DNA of 64,000 bases from an uncultured archaeon (GTDB lineage Archaea; Asgardarchaeota; Thorarchaeia; Thorarchaeales; Thorarchaeaceae). How positions within the stretch are numbered: the stretch's first letter is position 1; each line of letters opens with the position of its first letter. The DNA lies in NCBI GenBank assembly GCA_964558645.1, contig CAZLEV010000011.1:34072-98071 (forward strand). The letters run 5' to 3'. The notes below the pieces were generated by a model. That model saw nothing but the letters and a program-made list of their open reading frames with translations, ran no database searches and was not told where the DNA came from. A program made the position numbers and the translations under genes. Below are positions 50,143 to 60,026 of the stretch, piece after piece.

Positions 50143-50937
50143 TCAGGTAGATTTCTCAACCCATATCAAGAATTTTCGGAGCAGCGGGTTGAAGACTTCA
50201 GGCATATCCACCATGGGAGAGTGATCCCCCTTCTTGATCATTGCGATATCCGAACGGGGTAGAAGTCTGTTCAACCTCTGTCCAACGCCAGGCCGAAAGA
50301 CATCATCATCCTCTCCACAGATGACAAACGTAGGGATCTGGATATCTCCCAGTCTTTGTGTAATGTCAAACTCATCGCAGGCCTTCAAATCCCTTCGCAC
50401 TACTTCAGACTCACTCTTTCCCAAGCTTCCTTCTTTCATACGAACTTTGTAGATGTTAGAGTGGGCGCCTGTCAGATGAGACGTTACTATGCTTAGATAG
50501 CTCTCAAACGACTCTATCGCAAGACCGGGCAGTATTTTTGACGTCTCAAGGTCGGGAGAGGTGCAGACGAGAGCAATTGCACGCGGTTGGCGCAGCTGCT
50601 CATTGAGAGCATAGGCCATGACAATGGCGCCCCCCATGGAGTGGCCAACAAACACGAAGTCCTTCAAGTCAAGATGTTCCACGACCGCTGCAAGCTCATA
50701 GACATATCCATTCTCTATGTCAGCCTCATCGGAAATGTCATCAGAAAGGCCATGACCCAAGAGGTCGGGAACAATGACTCTGTGAGTCTTGACAAACTCA
50801 TCCATCTGCATGCTCCAGATGAGGTGAGAAGTCCCGGCTCCGTGCATAAAGACAACTGGGAAGCCGCTGGAGGGGTCATGTCTCTCGTCAATGTCCAGGT
50901 AATGCATCCTGTGCCCGTGGTGGTTGAGAAAAGGCAC
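50143..50937 (-). CDS. Alpha/beta fold hydrolase
   Basis: MHGAG, DLLGHG, GHSMGG nucleophile motif, GEDD and GDH. Confidence 0.9.
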   Translation of the reverse strand: MPFLNHHGHRMHYLDIDERHDPSSGFPVVFMHGAGTSHLIWSMQMDEFVKTHRVIVPDLLGHGLSDDISDEADIENGYVYELAAVVEHLDLKDFVFVGHSMGGAIVMAYALNEQLRQPRAIALVCTSPDLETSKILPGLAIESFESYLSIVTSHLTGAHSNIYKVRMKEGSLGKSESEVVRRDLKACDEFDITQRLGDIQIPTFVICGEDDDVFRPGVGQRLNRLLPRSDIAMIKKGDHSPMVDMPEVFNPLLRKFLIWVEKST

Positions 50938-51050
50938 GATATCTTCCTCATTCCAAGTTACCGTCCAGCGGACATATAGGTCTATGTCGCTTGGTCGAAT
51001 CAACGGTACCTTTTTCTCTGGGTGAGTGCAGCATCAGGCCGGTGGCTCAT

Positions 51051-52430
51051 ATGTCTGACAGGCTCTTTGGAACTACGGGCGTGCGTAAGATCTACGGTGA
51101 GGAGTTCTCCCTTGATATGGCCCTTGACCTTGGTCGGGCACTTGGCACATATCTCAAGAGAGGAAACGTGCTTCTTGCCCGAGACGCAAGGACCACCGGC
51201 TCCATGGTTGAAGATGCATTCTCAGCGGGTGTGCTCTCAACAGGAGTCAACGTCCTGCGAGCTGGCGTGGTTCCAACCCCGACTTTGGCATTCCTCACAA
51301 GCTATCTGGATATGGACACAGGAGTTATGGTCACAGCATCTCATAACCCCCCTGAGTACACGGGCATCAAGTTCTGGGGTTCAGACAGCATGGGCTACAC
51401 TCCTGATATTGAAAGACGACTCGAGGAGATATACCATTCACATGACTTCATAGCAGCTGCATGGGACGGGCTGGGAGAGGAGGAATATCTCGATGCACCC
51501 GAGTGGACACACATCGATGAGCTTGTGAAACGGACCGATGTTGCGGCCATTCGTCAGAAGCAATTCAAAGTAGTTGTGGATCCAGGGAATGGAGCGGCGT
51601 GTGTGCTCACACCCTATCTCATGAGAGAGCTGGGTTGCAGCGTCATCACGCTCAACGGTCAGCTGGATGGACACTTCCCCGGTCGAGAGAGCGAACCGGA
51701 TGAATCAACACTTGTTGACCTAGCCAACATGGTCAAATCATCAGGAGCCGACCTTGGCATTGCTCATGACGGGGATGGGGACAGAGTCGTCTTCGTGACT
51801 GAACACGGAGAGGTTGTCAGAGGAGACCGTACTATCGCTCTTCTTGCTCGAGACTCTCTCCAGAGAGAGCAGGGCGGAGTCATCGTCACCACTGTTGACA
51901 GCTCAAAGGTCGTGGATGAGACCGTTGAGCAAGCAGGAGGACGCACAATCAGGACGCCTGTCGGCGACATTCAAGTTGCTGTTAAGATAAGAGAAGAGAA
52001 AGGTCTGTTCGGAGGAGAGGCCTGTGGGGTCTTCATCCATCCAGACTTCCATCTGGCGCCAGAGCCCTTTCTCACTTCCTGCCATGTTCTTGAGATGATG
52101 GCATCACAAGGAAAGGGTTTCGGAGAGCTGATCTCAGAGATACCCGTATATCCCCTCAAGAAATCGAAGCTGCAATGCCCCAACAGCAAGAAACCTGCAG
52201 TGATGGATAGGCTTGCGGAAGTTCTACCAGATGAAATGAATGATATTACTGACATACTTACTGTGGACGGGCTTGGCATATCCCTCAAAGGGGGGTGGCT
52301 CCTTGTCAGGCCGTCAGGTACCGAACCAGTCATCAGAATAACATGCGAAGCCCAGTCTGAAGAGGCCGTTCAAGAGATTCTTGACAGAGCAACAAGTGTC
52401 ATCAGCAACACGATTGCGACGACTAGTTGA
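51051..52430 (+). CDS. glmM: Phosphoglucosamine mutase / phosphohexomutase
   Basis: LFGTTGVR, TASHNP, DGDGDR, GGE and RPSGTEP motifs. Confidence 0.88.
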   Translation: MSDRLFGTTGVRKIYGEEFSLDMALDLGRALGTYLKRGNVLLARDARTTGSMVEDAFSAGVLSTGVNVLRAGVVPTPTLAFLTSYLDMDTGVMVTASHNPPEYTGIKFWGSDSMGYTPDIERRLEEIYHSHDFIAAAWDGLGEEEYLDAPEWTHIDELVKRTDVAAIRQKQFKVVVDPGNGAACVLTPYLMRELGCSVITLNGQLDGHFPGRESEPDESTLVDLANMVKSSGADLGIAHDGDGDRVVFVTEHGEVVRGDRTIALLARDSLQREQGGVIVTTVDSSKVVDETVEQAGGRTIRTPVGDIQVAVKIREEKGLFGGEACGVFIHPDFHLAPEPFLTSCHVLEMMASQGKGFGELISEIPVYPLKKSKLQCPNSKKPAVMDRLAEVLPDEMNDITDILTVDGLGISLKGGWLLVRPSGTEPVIRITCEAQSEEAVQEILDRATSVISNTIATTS

Positions 52431-52522
52431 ACACCAGGTGCGCAAGAGAGCAAATCAGCAAATGCAGACAAGCTTTATAGCACAACAGGGTCTCAGACAC
52501 CTTGAAAACGAGGTCTCATATC

Positions 52523-52933
52523 ATGAGTAATGGCGATGATGATTTCATCAAATCGGAGTTTGAATGGGCTCTGAAGGACCCTACCGAAGAGAAGCTACGA
52601 GGCCTCGGTGAGATTGTCGATACCATCACAAAACGGCTTGTTGAAGCAATAACTGAGCTTCAGAGCGACCTCTACGAGCTTCAGACTGCCGTACAGAGTA
52701 TGGAGTCGAAACTGAACTCGCTGGACTCCCGGGTGGCAACTGGAGGAGTGGCACCATCAGCTACATCTTCTGCATCCTCAGCATCTTCCGCAACAGAAAC
52801 TCCAGATGAACCCATGGCTAGAGCACCGACGCCCAAGCCGGCTCCGGCTGCAGGCCCGGGCGGCATGATGTCTGAACTGAAACAGCTGCTTGCTGCAAGG
52901 AGAAGAAAAGCTGAGGGTGGAGGCGGGGAATAA
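52523..52933 (+). CDS. Coiled-coil protein with a Pro/Ala-rich linker and a C-terminal Ena/VASP FAB-like (WH2-related) motif
   Basis: Clean heptads ITELQSDLYELQTAVQSMESKLNSLDSRV; linker APTPKPAPAAGP; tail GGMMSELKQLLAARRRKA; own TTTATA box at about 52474. Confidence 0.75.
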   Translation: MSNGDDDFIKSEFEWALKDPTEEKLRGLGEIVDTITKRLVEAITELQSDLYELQTAVQSMESKLNSLDSRVATGGVAPSATSSASSASSATETPDEPMARAPTPKPAPAAGPGGMMSELKQLLAARRRKAEGGGGE

Positions 52934-52938
52934 CCCGC

Positions 52939-53613
52939 TCAGATCAAGCGTCGGACATGGTTTCCCGGATAGAACGGGCCTGTATGTTTAAGTAGAGAAA
53001 CGGAGAATGCTTCGGCCCTCTCGCAGGCCGATTGGACTCCTCTCAACCGGGTTCGTGCATCGTAGAATCTCTCGTAGTAACCGCCAGCCTTGCTGGTCTG
53101 GCTCTTGTGACAGCGTAATCCCTCTAATGCGGTATTATAGCTCTCAGTGACACTGACCATCACATTAGGTCGTGAGAGAAGAGTGTTGACCTCCATATGA
53201 TAGATACGACTGATTCGATGCGCTCTCTCGAACCGAGTCACGTGTGATGCCCATTCAGCTGCGTCGGCAACGATCTGCGCGCATGCTACATGGTTTCTAT
53301 TGTAATCCTTCTCGGAGTGGGTGATAATAATGTCTGGACGCCACTCGAGGATTGCTTGAATGATTAGCTTCTCCACACTCCTGTCAACAGCAAAGTCATC
53401 TCGCTCCCCTGTCAGAAGATTACGGATACCTAGTATCTTACATGCCTCCTTCAGCTCTCGGTTTCGAGCTGGACTTCCTGTGAGGCACAACAGATCCACG
53501 TCTACTCCCTGACTGCTATGAGACGCTATCGTTCCACCGGCACCCAAGCATTCATCATCGGGATGCGCAGTAACAACGAGAATTGAGCCATCGTCAGAGG
53601 GATTCATGGTCAT
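52939..53613 (-). CDS. bshB: PIG-L family deacetylase (BshB-like)
   Basis: AHPDDE, RPDIIITH, HKSQ, RG and AEAF motifs; divergent from bshA. Confidence 0.8.
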   Translation of the reverse strand: MTMNPSDDGSILVVTAHPDDECLGAGGTIASHSSQGVDVDLLCLTGSPARNRELKEACKILGIRNLLTGERDDFAVDRSVEKLIIQAILEWRPDIIITHSEKDYNRNHVACAQIVADAAEWASHVTRFERAHRISRIYHMEVNTLLSRPNVMVSVTESYNTALEGLRCHKSQTSKAGGYYERFYDARTRLRGVQSACERAEAFSVSLLKHTGPFYPGNHVRRLI

Positions 53614-53696
53614 CTCAGACCCAGTTCTACTAATCAAGCTTTGGCCTGACCATTTGTCTTAAAACCCCCCGTTTGCTGTTCAGTACAGTGACCAGC

Positions 53697-54857
53697 ATGA
53701 GGATAGGAGTCAATCTATATGCCTCAGTGGGCGGCTCAGGCTACCTCGCGACGCGCTTGGGACAGCACCTTGCAGACCGTGGCCACGAGATTCATTTCAT
53801 CACCTACCAGAGGCCGTTTAGCCTGATGTGGGAGCAAGCACGAGGTGTCTACGTTGACCTCGTGGACAGTTTTGATTATCCGCTCTTCAAGTCAACTGGA
53901 ACCCCCTACACCATGACCCTTACATCAAAGATTGTAAAAGTGGCTCGCGATTCCAAACTCAATCTCATCCACTCGCACTATGCAATCCCTCATGCTATGG
54001 CCGCATACATGGCAAGAGAGATCATCGGTATCCCCTATGTGGTAACACTACACGGTTCAGATGTCCACACCCTTGGACTCGATCCTGCATATCGCCCCGT
54101 TGTTAAGCACACGGTAGAAGAAGCAGATGGTGTCACAGCAGTTTCAGAGTTCCTCCAGAAGAAGGCCTATGAGGAACTCGGCATCGAAAGGGAGATTCAT
54201 GTCGTCCCTAACTTCATCGATGTTCAAAGATTCACTCCCATGGAGGGAGTGCGACTCACAGTGGAGAGCGGCTGTGTGTCTCTTCGCAGATCAGAGGAAC
54301 CCGAAGATCTTCATCCAGACGAGATGGTGCTGTTGCATGCATCGAACTTCCGTCAAGTGAAGAGAGTGGTCGAGCTCGTAGAGATCATGAGGATCGTAGT
54401 CGACCACTATCCTGATACGCGGCTAGTGATTGCAGGGGATGGACCCACCCGCATGCATGTTGAGCGACGAATAGAGGCCCTTGACCTCTGCCAGAATGTG
54501 CATCTCTTGGGAGTGAAGAGCAACATGAGAGAGATCATGTGTTCATCAGATATCTTTCTGCTCAATTCTACCTTAGAGGGCATGCCACTGGTCCTTTTGG
54601 AGGCTATGGCATCCGAACTACCAGTTATCACGACACCCGCAGGAGGCATACCAGAGCTTGTACGCCCAGGGAAGGACGGTATTGTCACGAAGGGCTTCGA
54701 GAAGGAAGAGTTTGCGGGTGCAATCCTAGAGTTGATAGAACATGATGCCCGAAGAAAAGAACTGGGCAAGGCGGGACGAAAGAGAGTTGTTGAGCAGTAC
54801 TCAGCTGAGAAGGTTGTGCCCATGTATGAGAGAGTCTTTGATAGAGCAGTGGAATGA
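53697..54857 (+). CDS. bshA: N-acetyl-alpha-D-glucosaminyl L-malate synthase (GT4)
   Basis: GGSG..AT.LG..LA.RGHEIHFITY, YPLF, HSHYAIPHA, VTLHGSD and SNFRQVKR. Confidence 0.9.
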   Translation: MRIGVNLYASVGGSGYLATRLGQHLADRGHEIHFITYQRPFSLMWEQARGVYVDLVDSFDYPLFKSTGTPYTMTLTSKIVKVARDSKLNLIHSHYAIPHAMAAYMAREIIGIPYVVTLHGSDVHTLGLDPAYRPVVKHTVEEADGVTAVSEFLQKKAYEELGIEREIHVVPNFIDVQRFTPMEGVRLTVESGCVSLRRSEEPEDLHPDEMVLLHASNFRQVKRVVELVEIMRIVVDHYPDTRLVIAGDGPTRMHVERRIEALDLCQNVHLLGVKSNMREIMCSSDIFLLNSTLEGMPLVLLEAMASELPVITTPAGGIPELVRPGKDGIVTKGFEKEEFAGAILELIEHDARRKELGKAGRKRVVEQYSAEKVVPMYERVFDRAVE

Positions 54858-56593
54858 TAGAACGGAGATGCCAACTTTTGAGAGAGAGCGTAGCTGAAGT
54901 CTATAAAGACTACATCTGGAAAGAGGAAATGCAGGATGCCGCCCAGTATCTCTATAGTTGCCCGCCAGTCTATTTCGGCGGTCTCAAGGAGAGAGTAGGA
55001 AGACTCCGAGAGGAATACTTAGAGACGCACTGGTTCACTGACGAACGAATGCAGATACTTGAGAACACCCTGGAAAGGACAAGTCGCAACCTGGGTGCTC
55101 TAACACCAGCAGTTAGGAGTAGAATCTCAGAGCTTCGACATGGAGCCATAGAAGGAGCACACCAGAGCATTGCCTTCGGCGGCCCATGCTATGTTCTGAA
55201 CAAGGCAGCAACAGCATCGATACTTGCAGATGTCACGTCTGATGATGATATTCGCGTAGCCGCGTATTTCTTCGTTGCAGACTATGATGAGGTCCAGGCT
55301 GAACTGATCAACACAAGGACCCCACTGCTGGGATCTTCAGGCAATCTGCTCAGTATTCCGGTTCCCAAGGAGTTCAAGCATTCGCCCGTCAGTGTTCTAC
55401 CCCTTCCTGAGCATACTTGGTACGAAGAGGCAGAAGAGAGTATCCGGATGGGGTACAGACCGATGATCAAAGACCTCGACAACAGGGCGCGCATCATATA
55501 CGAAGAGAGACTCGAGCAGATTCTCTCCATAACAAGATGGAGTTTCGTAAACTCAGACACACTGGGGGAATGGGCGCGACGAATCCTAGCCCGTCTGTTC
55601 AATGTCGAGGGAAACTTGGGAATACCAATTGTCGCGTATTCAGACCCTCAGATACGGAAGCTGGCAACTCTTGGAATGGAATTCCTTCTGAAGAAACAGA
55701 ACCGAGAGAGATTCTTAGAGGCCCAGGATCAAGCAACCGACAGAATCATCGAACTAGGTCTGGAGCCCGGCTCGGGGAGAAGAGATCGCTCCTACGTTCC
55801 GTTTCTATACGAGTGTCCGGAGAAAGGCTGCAACAGGAGTAGATTCGAACTGCAGTATTATGCCCGGGAAGACACTGCGACGCTGTCAGGTAGGTGCCCG
55901 TCATGCCATCAGTACTTCACAATCGAAGTTTCAGCAGATAATCCTGACTTGAGTGACCATGCCGACTACCTATCTCCTCGTGTAGACTCGCGGCAGTTCA
56001 TTGTGGACATGATGATTCCCACTATGTGCCATATTGGAGGGCCAGGTGAGACCGCCTATTACGCCCAGGTGATTCCCGCTGCCGACGCTCTAGACATCCC
56101 ATTCCCGGAGTTTGTGAAGTATCCACGGCTCTTCTTCAACACACCATGGAGTGAAGCTCTGGCAAACCAGTTGGAGAACAGGGGTGAGCCGGTCTTGCAT
56201 GGTCGCACGCTCTTCAAACTGCTGGGGAAGTCAAGTGCAGCCAGAAGAAAAGAGAACTATGATGAGATGAACTCCGCCATCAAGAAACTGGGCAACCATA
56301 TCAGAGACCGGTACGATGTCATAGTGAAGAGGGTGGCGGAGATAGAGAAGCAGAGAGAAAACTCAAGCGGTGAAGAAGACGAGGAACTTCAAGGTATCAA
56401 GTTTGACCTCGAAATGTACCTCAGCTGGGCATATGGGCGATATTCTGCAGAGAAGTCCGTGCAGGAGTCCTCTTGGTCCTGGATAGAGTGGGCAATAAAC
56501 TCTGGACTGGCGGATCTGTTCGGTCCTTACGAGAGAAGCTATGTTGAGCAACTTAAGAATGGAGCCACGATGTGGATAAACTTCATGACATAG
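54854..56593 (+). CDS. bshC: Bacillithiol biosynthesis BshC-like protein
   Basis: GAHQ..FGGP.Y.LNKA, D.DE, SPRV..R, GGPGETAYYAQV and QE motifs; ATGA overlap with bshA. Confidence 0.85.
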   Translation: MIERRCQLLRESVAEVYKDYIWKEEMQDAAQYLYSCPPVYFGGLKERVGRLREEYLETHWFTDERMQILENTLERTSRNLGALTPAVRSRISELRHGAIEGAHQSIAFGGPCYVLNKAATASILADVTSDDDIRVAAYFFVADYDEVQAELINTRTPLLGSSGNLLSIPVPKEFKHSPVSVLPLPEHTWYEEAEESIRMGYRPMIKDLDNRARIIYEERLEQILSITRWSFVNSDTLGEWARRILARLFNVEGNLGIPIVAYSDPQIRKLATLGMEFLLKKQNRERFLEAQDQATDRIIELGLEPGSGRRDRSYVPFLYECPEKGCNRSRFELQYYAREDTATLSGRCPSCHQYFTIEVSADNPDLSDHADYLSPRVDSRQFIVDMMIPTMCHIGGPGETAYYAQVIPAADALDIPFPEFVKYPRLFFNTPWSEALANQLENRGEPVLHGRTLFKLLGKSSAARRKENYDEMNSAIKKLGNHIRDRYDVIVKRVAEIEKQRENSSGEEDEELQGIKFDLEMYLSWAYGRYSAEKSVQESSWSWIEWAINSGLADLFGPYERSYVEQLKNGATMWINFMT

Positions 56594-56602
56594 AAGAACA
56601 AG

Positions 56603-56624
56603 CGCCCCGGTTGGCACCGGGGCG
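56603..56624. terminator. GC-rich hairpin between the convergent bshC and aminotransferase genes
   Basis: CGCCCCGGT-tggc-ACCGGGGCG, a perfect 9-bp stem. Confidence 0.6.
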
Positions 56625-56640
56625 GACAGAGATGAAATGT

Positions 56641-57909
56641 TTAGAGTTCTTCCGAGAGAAGCCGTCCGAGGCGTTCCATCCCCTCAGAGATGACCTCTGG
56701 TCTTGCATAGCAGAATCCTAATCGCATAGTATTGGCCTGAGGGACCGATGGCTTCAACTCGTTCCCGTTCTCAGTTAGAGAGTAGCCCGTGATTGGATAG
56801 AATGGTCCGCCGGGCACATAGAGAACTTCGTTTGGCAATGCAACTTCTTGCATGAACCTACTACTGTTGAAGTCCTTCTTCTCGCTCTCCCACCAGATGA
56901 AGAAGCCTCCGGTTGGGTCCGTCCTCTTGCCACCAGGGAAAGACTCGTCCATTGCCTTGGCCATCGCCAAATAGCGTTCCTTGTACTTGGGGACAATCTC
57001 CTTCATCGCCACATCGATGTAGTTCCTGTAGTATTCGTCCAGTATGCGTTGTATGAGTGTTGAGGTACATAGGTCCAAGTAGCCCTTGTCTTTGAGAACC
57101 TGCTCACGCAGATTTGGAGGCATAATCGAGTATCCAACTCGTAGAACAGCAGCCTCTTTGCTAGTGGTCCCAAGATACGCAACACGACGATTCTCTTTGT
57201 CAAGAGTCTTGATTGGCGGCGGGTTCTTCTTGAACTGAATCTCTGCATATGCAGAGTCCTCAACTAGGAGAGTATTGTGATTCTCGCATATGTCAAAGAG
57301 GGCCTGACGGCGTTTCATAGGAAGAGTCGTTCCCTTTGGATTATCGGAGTCCGGCACCACATAGACAATGTCAGGCAGCTTTCCGAACTTCATCTTAGAC
57401 ACATGGATTGCCTTGTCCACATACTCAGGTATGATTCCATCGAGATCCGTTGGGACGGTTATGATTCTAGCCCCGAGCTTGACCGCAGGAACAAGAAAAC
57501 CGAGATATGCAGGCGCGGTGGTCACGATCACATCACCGGGGTCAATCATCGTATCAAGAATCGCATAGATGGCCTGCTGGGAACCATTCGTCACGGATAC
57601 GCACTCATACTCCTCCTCGCAGTCTATCGGTATATTCCTGACATCGTGCAGGCGCTTGGCCAGAGTCTTGAGGAACCAAGTCTGGCCGCCTGTAGGCCCA
57701 TAGTTGAAATCTTCCAGTGCAAGCTTGGAGTCTTCTTTGTAGCGCTCAGAGAGATCGGCCATTATCTTCGCGAAGATATCTGTCGGGATGATACCAGGTT
57801 TCCCGCCTGCGAAGTAGTAATCAACCTTGTACTTCAAGAGGGCACGGATCTGAGACTCTTCAATAAAAGAGGTCCAGGCTGCAAAATTATACCCGTCTGG
57901 ATTGGTCAT
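56641..57909 (-). CDS. PLP-dependent class I aminotransferase (LysN/MocR-type)
   Basis: FAGGKP, YGPTGG, NGSQQA, NPKG, EDSAY, TSK, LRVG, PTGGFF and MRL motifs; GGAGG RBS before ATG 57909. Confidence 0.9.
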   Translation of the reverse strand: MTNPDGYNFAAWTSFIEESQIRALLKYKVDYYFAGGKPGIIPTDIFAKIMADLSERYKEDSKLALEDFNYGPTGGQTWFLKTLAKRLHDVRNIPIDCEEEYECVSVTNGSQQAIYAILDTMIDPGDVIVTTAPAYLGFLVPAVKLGARIITVPTDLDGIIPEYVDKAIHVSKMKFGKLPDIVYVVPDSDNPKGTTLPMKRRQALFDICENHNTLLVEDSAYAEIQFKKNPPPIKTLDKENRRVAYLGTTSKEAAVLRVGYSIMPPNLREQVLKDKGYLDLCTSTLIQRILDEYYRNYIDVAMKEIVPKYKERYLAMAKAMDESFPGGKRTDPTGGFFIWWESEKKDFNSSRFMQEVALPNEVLYVPGGPFYPITGYSLTENGNELKPSVPQANTMRLGFCYARPEVISEGMERLGRLLSEEL

Positions 57910-58106
57910 TCGCATTCCTCCAAGAGACAGAATGTCGGCGTGAAGCAAATCGCCGTCAGCGTTATGTACAACTCTGTACATTTGCAGGAACATCATAACA
58001 CGGTTCGCACTTATCTGTTTCTTTCATTTCACTCATCTGAATGCTCGAAATAGCTCGACAGTGTACATTCTTGTGCACAGCAGCAAAAGGATTCCTGTCT
58101 TCCCAA

Positions 58107-58892
58107 TCAGTACGTTTCATCAGCGAGCTCTCTGGCGGCCAAGCGAGGATTCTCGGCACCGCAAATGGAACGGGCAGCAATCACATAAGAGGCACCTGCG
58201 TCTATTGCAGCCCGAGCGCTCCCGCCCTGAGCACCAACACCAGGACTCATTATGGGGATGTCCGGTCCCAACAGGTCGCGGACTTCTCGAATCTTGTCGG
58301 GGTACGTTGCGCCGACGATGACTGCATCGGCGTCCCAGGATTGCGCTCTCCGAGCGAATGTCATGTACAGAGGTTCGTGCTTCTTCTTCTTCTCATCCGT
58401 TGCCACATGCAGACCATAGCCCTCATCCGCAGCAGGATGAGACATGTAGCAGAGCGTTATGACCGCCCTCTTTCGCTCGCGTGCCAACTTGAACACGGTA
58501 TCTAATCCACCCTCCCAACCAACTAGAGGGTTGGCAATGACTGCATCAAATCCTGCATCAAGATAGTACCGTGTGATCCAACCGTTGGTGTTTCCGATGT
58601 CGTTTATCTTGCAGTCCATGATTGCCAACAGGCCCTCTCTGTGAATACTCTCAACGAGCCGTCTTATACCATCGAAGAGACCTAGAGGGAGGACCAGTTG
58701 CCGATTGAACTTGTAAGCGACGACAGACTCCGAAGTCTGCTGGATTATCTCTCTGGCTCGAGTCTCCAACTCGGACCGCGTGGCCGAGAGCCGACCCTCG
58801 ATCAGCTGTGGAGTATCGGCTGTGAGGTCGAGTCCCACTACGAGGCGGCTCTTTCTGACGAAAGCAGCTGCAGATAATTTGCTCTTGAGCAA
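58107..58892 (-). CDS. pyrF: Orotidine 5'-phosphate decarboxylase
   Basis: VVGLD, AYK, DCKINDIGNT, VGAT and PGVGAQGG motifs. Confidence 0.93.
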   Translation of the reverse strand: MLKSKLSAAAFVRKSRLVVGLDLTADTPQLIEGRLSATRSELETRAREIIQQTSESVVAYKFNRQLVLPLGLFDGIRRLVESIHREGLLAIMDCKINDIGNTNGWITRYYLDAGFDAVIANPLVGWEGGLDTVFKLARERKRAVITLCYMSHPAADEGYGLHVATDEKKKKHEPLYMTFARRAQSWDADAVIVGATYPDKIREVRDLLGPDIPIMSPGVGAQGGSARAAIDAGASYVIAARSICGAENPRLAARELADETY

Positions 58893-58981
58893 TCTACTAC
58901 CTCTCCCAACTTCTTTTTCTAAGGATGGGTCACGTATGCTTATATTACATTTGGAGTCTGGAGAAGGTGGGAGCGGCGTCC

Positions 58982-60025
58982 GTGAAACCAGATTGGCTCA
59001 TGACACGATTTGTTGTTGTCCTGATTGCAGTCTTCTCTCCAGTGTACTTCTTCATTCTTGTGTTTCTGCTTCCCTTCCAGATGACCCCCTTTCAGAATAG
59101 TCTCCATAATCTTCTGTTCCAGTATCTGGTTGTCCCTTCAGTCTTCTCAGCCACCTGGATTATGCTGATATACTTCCACAGATACCGACTAGCAAACACG
59201 GTCCATCTTATGCAGGAGTCTACGACTGCTGTTCCGCTACGATGGAGAGTGTTCTACGGGATGAATGCCGCCTTTGTCTTGATGTTTTTCATCTTACCCA
59301 TGGTCACAGCCCCATTGGCCATCATCGGAGGATTCATTGTCGCAGGAAATGTCTTCTATAACGCTGCGCTGGGAAGACTGGGAAGAAGCAAGGTTGCTAC
59401 CCTCTTTGCAGTCCTCATCGCAATCGCCCTCTGCATTCTACCATTCCTCATAATGGTTGAGTTTGTCCCCAACTATCTAGATGTCTGGGATAGCATACTC
59501 TCGTCATGGACCGGCCTTGGCTTCATGGTTGTGTATGGAATAGCCCAATGCCTTGTAAATGCGCTCAGCTTCGGTGCACCTGTGCACTTTGTCTACTATG
59601 CCGCTGAGGAGTATGATAGAGGACTCTATGGTCAGGTGTATACAAAGACTCCATCCAACATGATTCGTGTTGGCCAAGCAGTGTTGTTCCTCATCTTTAC
59701 AATTCTATACCTGCCGCCAATACAGACACCCTTTGGTATCATCCCGTTTGCAGATATGTCGTGGCTGTTCATGGACTACATCAACTGGATATCACTCGGC
59801 ATTGTCGCAATCATGGTCCTTGTGAGAAAATACTTCCAGGTCGAGGGAGATACAACGCTGGGGAGTACCTCAAACATAGTTGTTGTTGCCCTGTTTCTCA
59901 TAGTTGAAATCTTCTTCAAGACAGATCTTCTCATCGTCACGATAGTCATCTGGCTGGCATTCTTTCTGTTTGCAGGAGTCATCATTGCTAACTACTTACG
60001 AGCATCATCTCGGGAGATGTATTAA
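58982..60025 (+). CDS. Hypothetical multi-pass membrane protein
   Basis: About 9-10 hydrophobic segments; abuts the NUDIX gene. Confidence 0.8.
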   Translation: MKPDWLMTRFVVVLIAVFSPVYFFILVFLLPFQMTPFQNSLHNLLFQYLVVPSVFSATWIMLIYFHRYRLANTVHLMQESTTAVPLRWRVFYGMNAAFVLMFFILPMVTAPLAIIGGFIVAGNVFYNAALGRLGRSKVATLFAVLIAIALCILPFLIMVEFVPNYLDVWDSILSSWTGLGFMVVYGIAQCLVNALSFGAPVHFVYYAAEEYDRGLYGQVYTKTPSNMIRVGQAVLFLIFTILYLPPIQTPFGIIPFADMSWLFMDYINWISLGIVAIMVLVRKYFQVEGDTTLGSTSNIVVVALFLIVEIFFKTDLLIVTIVIWLAFFLFAGVIIANYLRASSREMY

Positions 60026-60026
60026 C

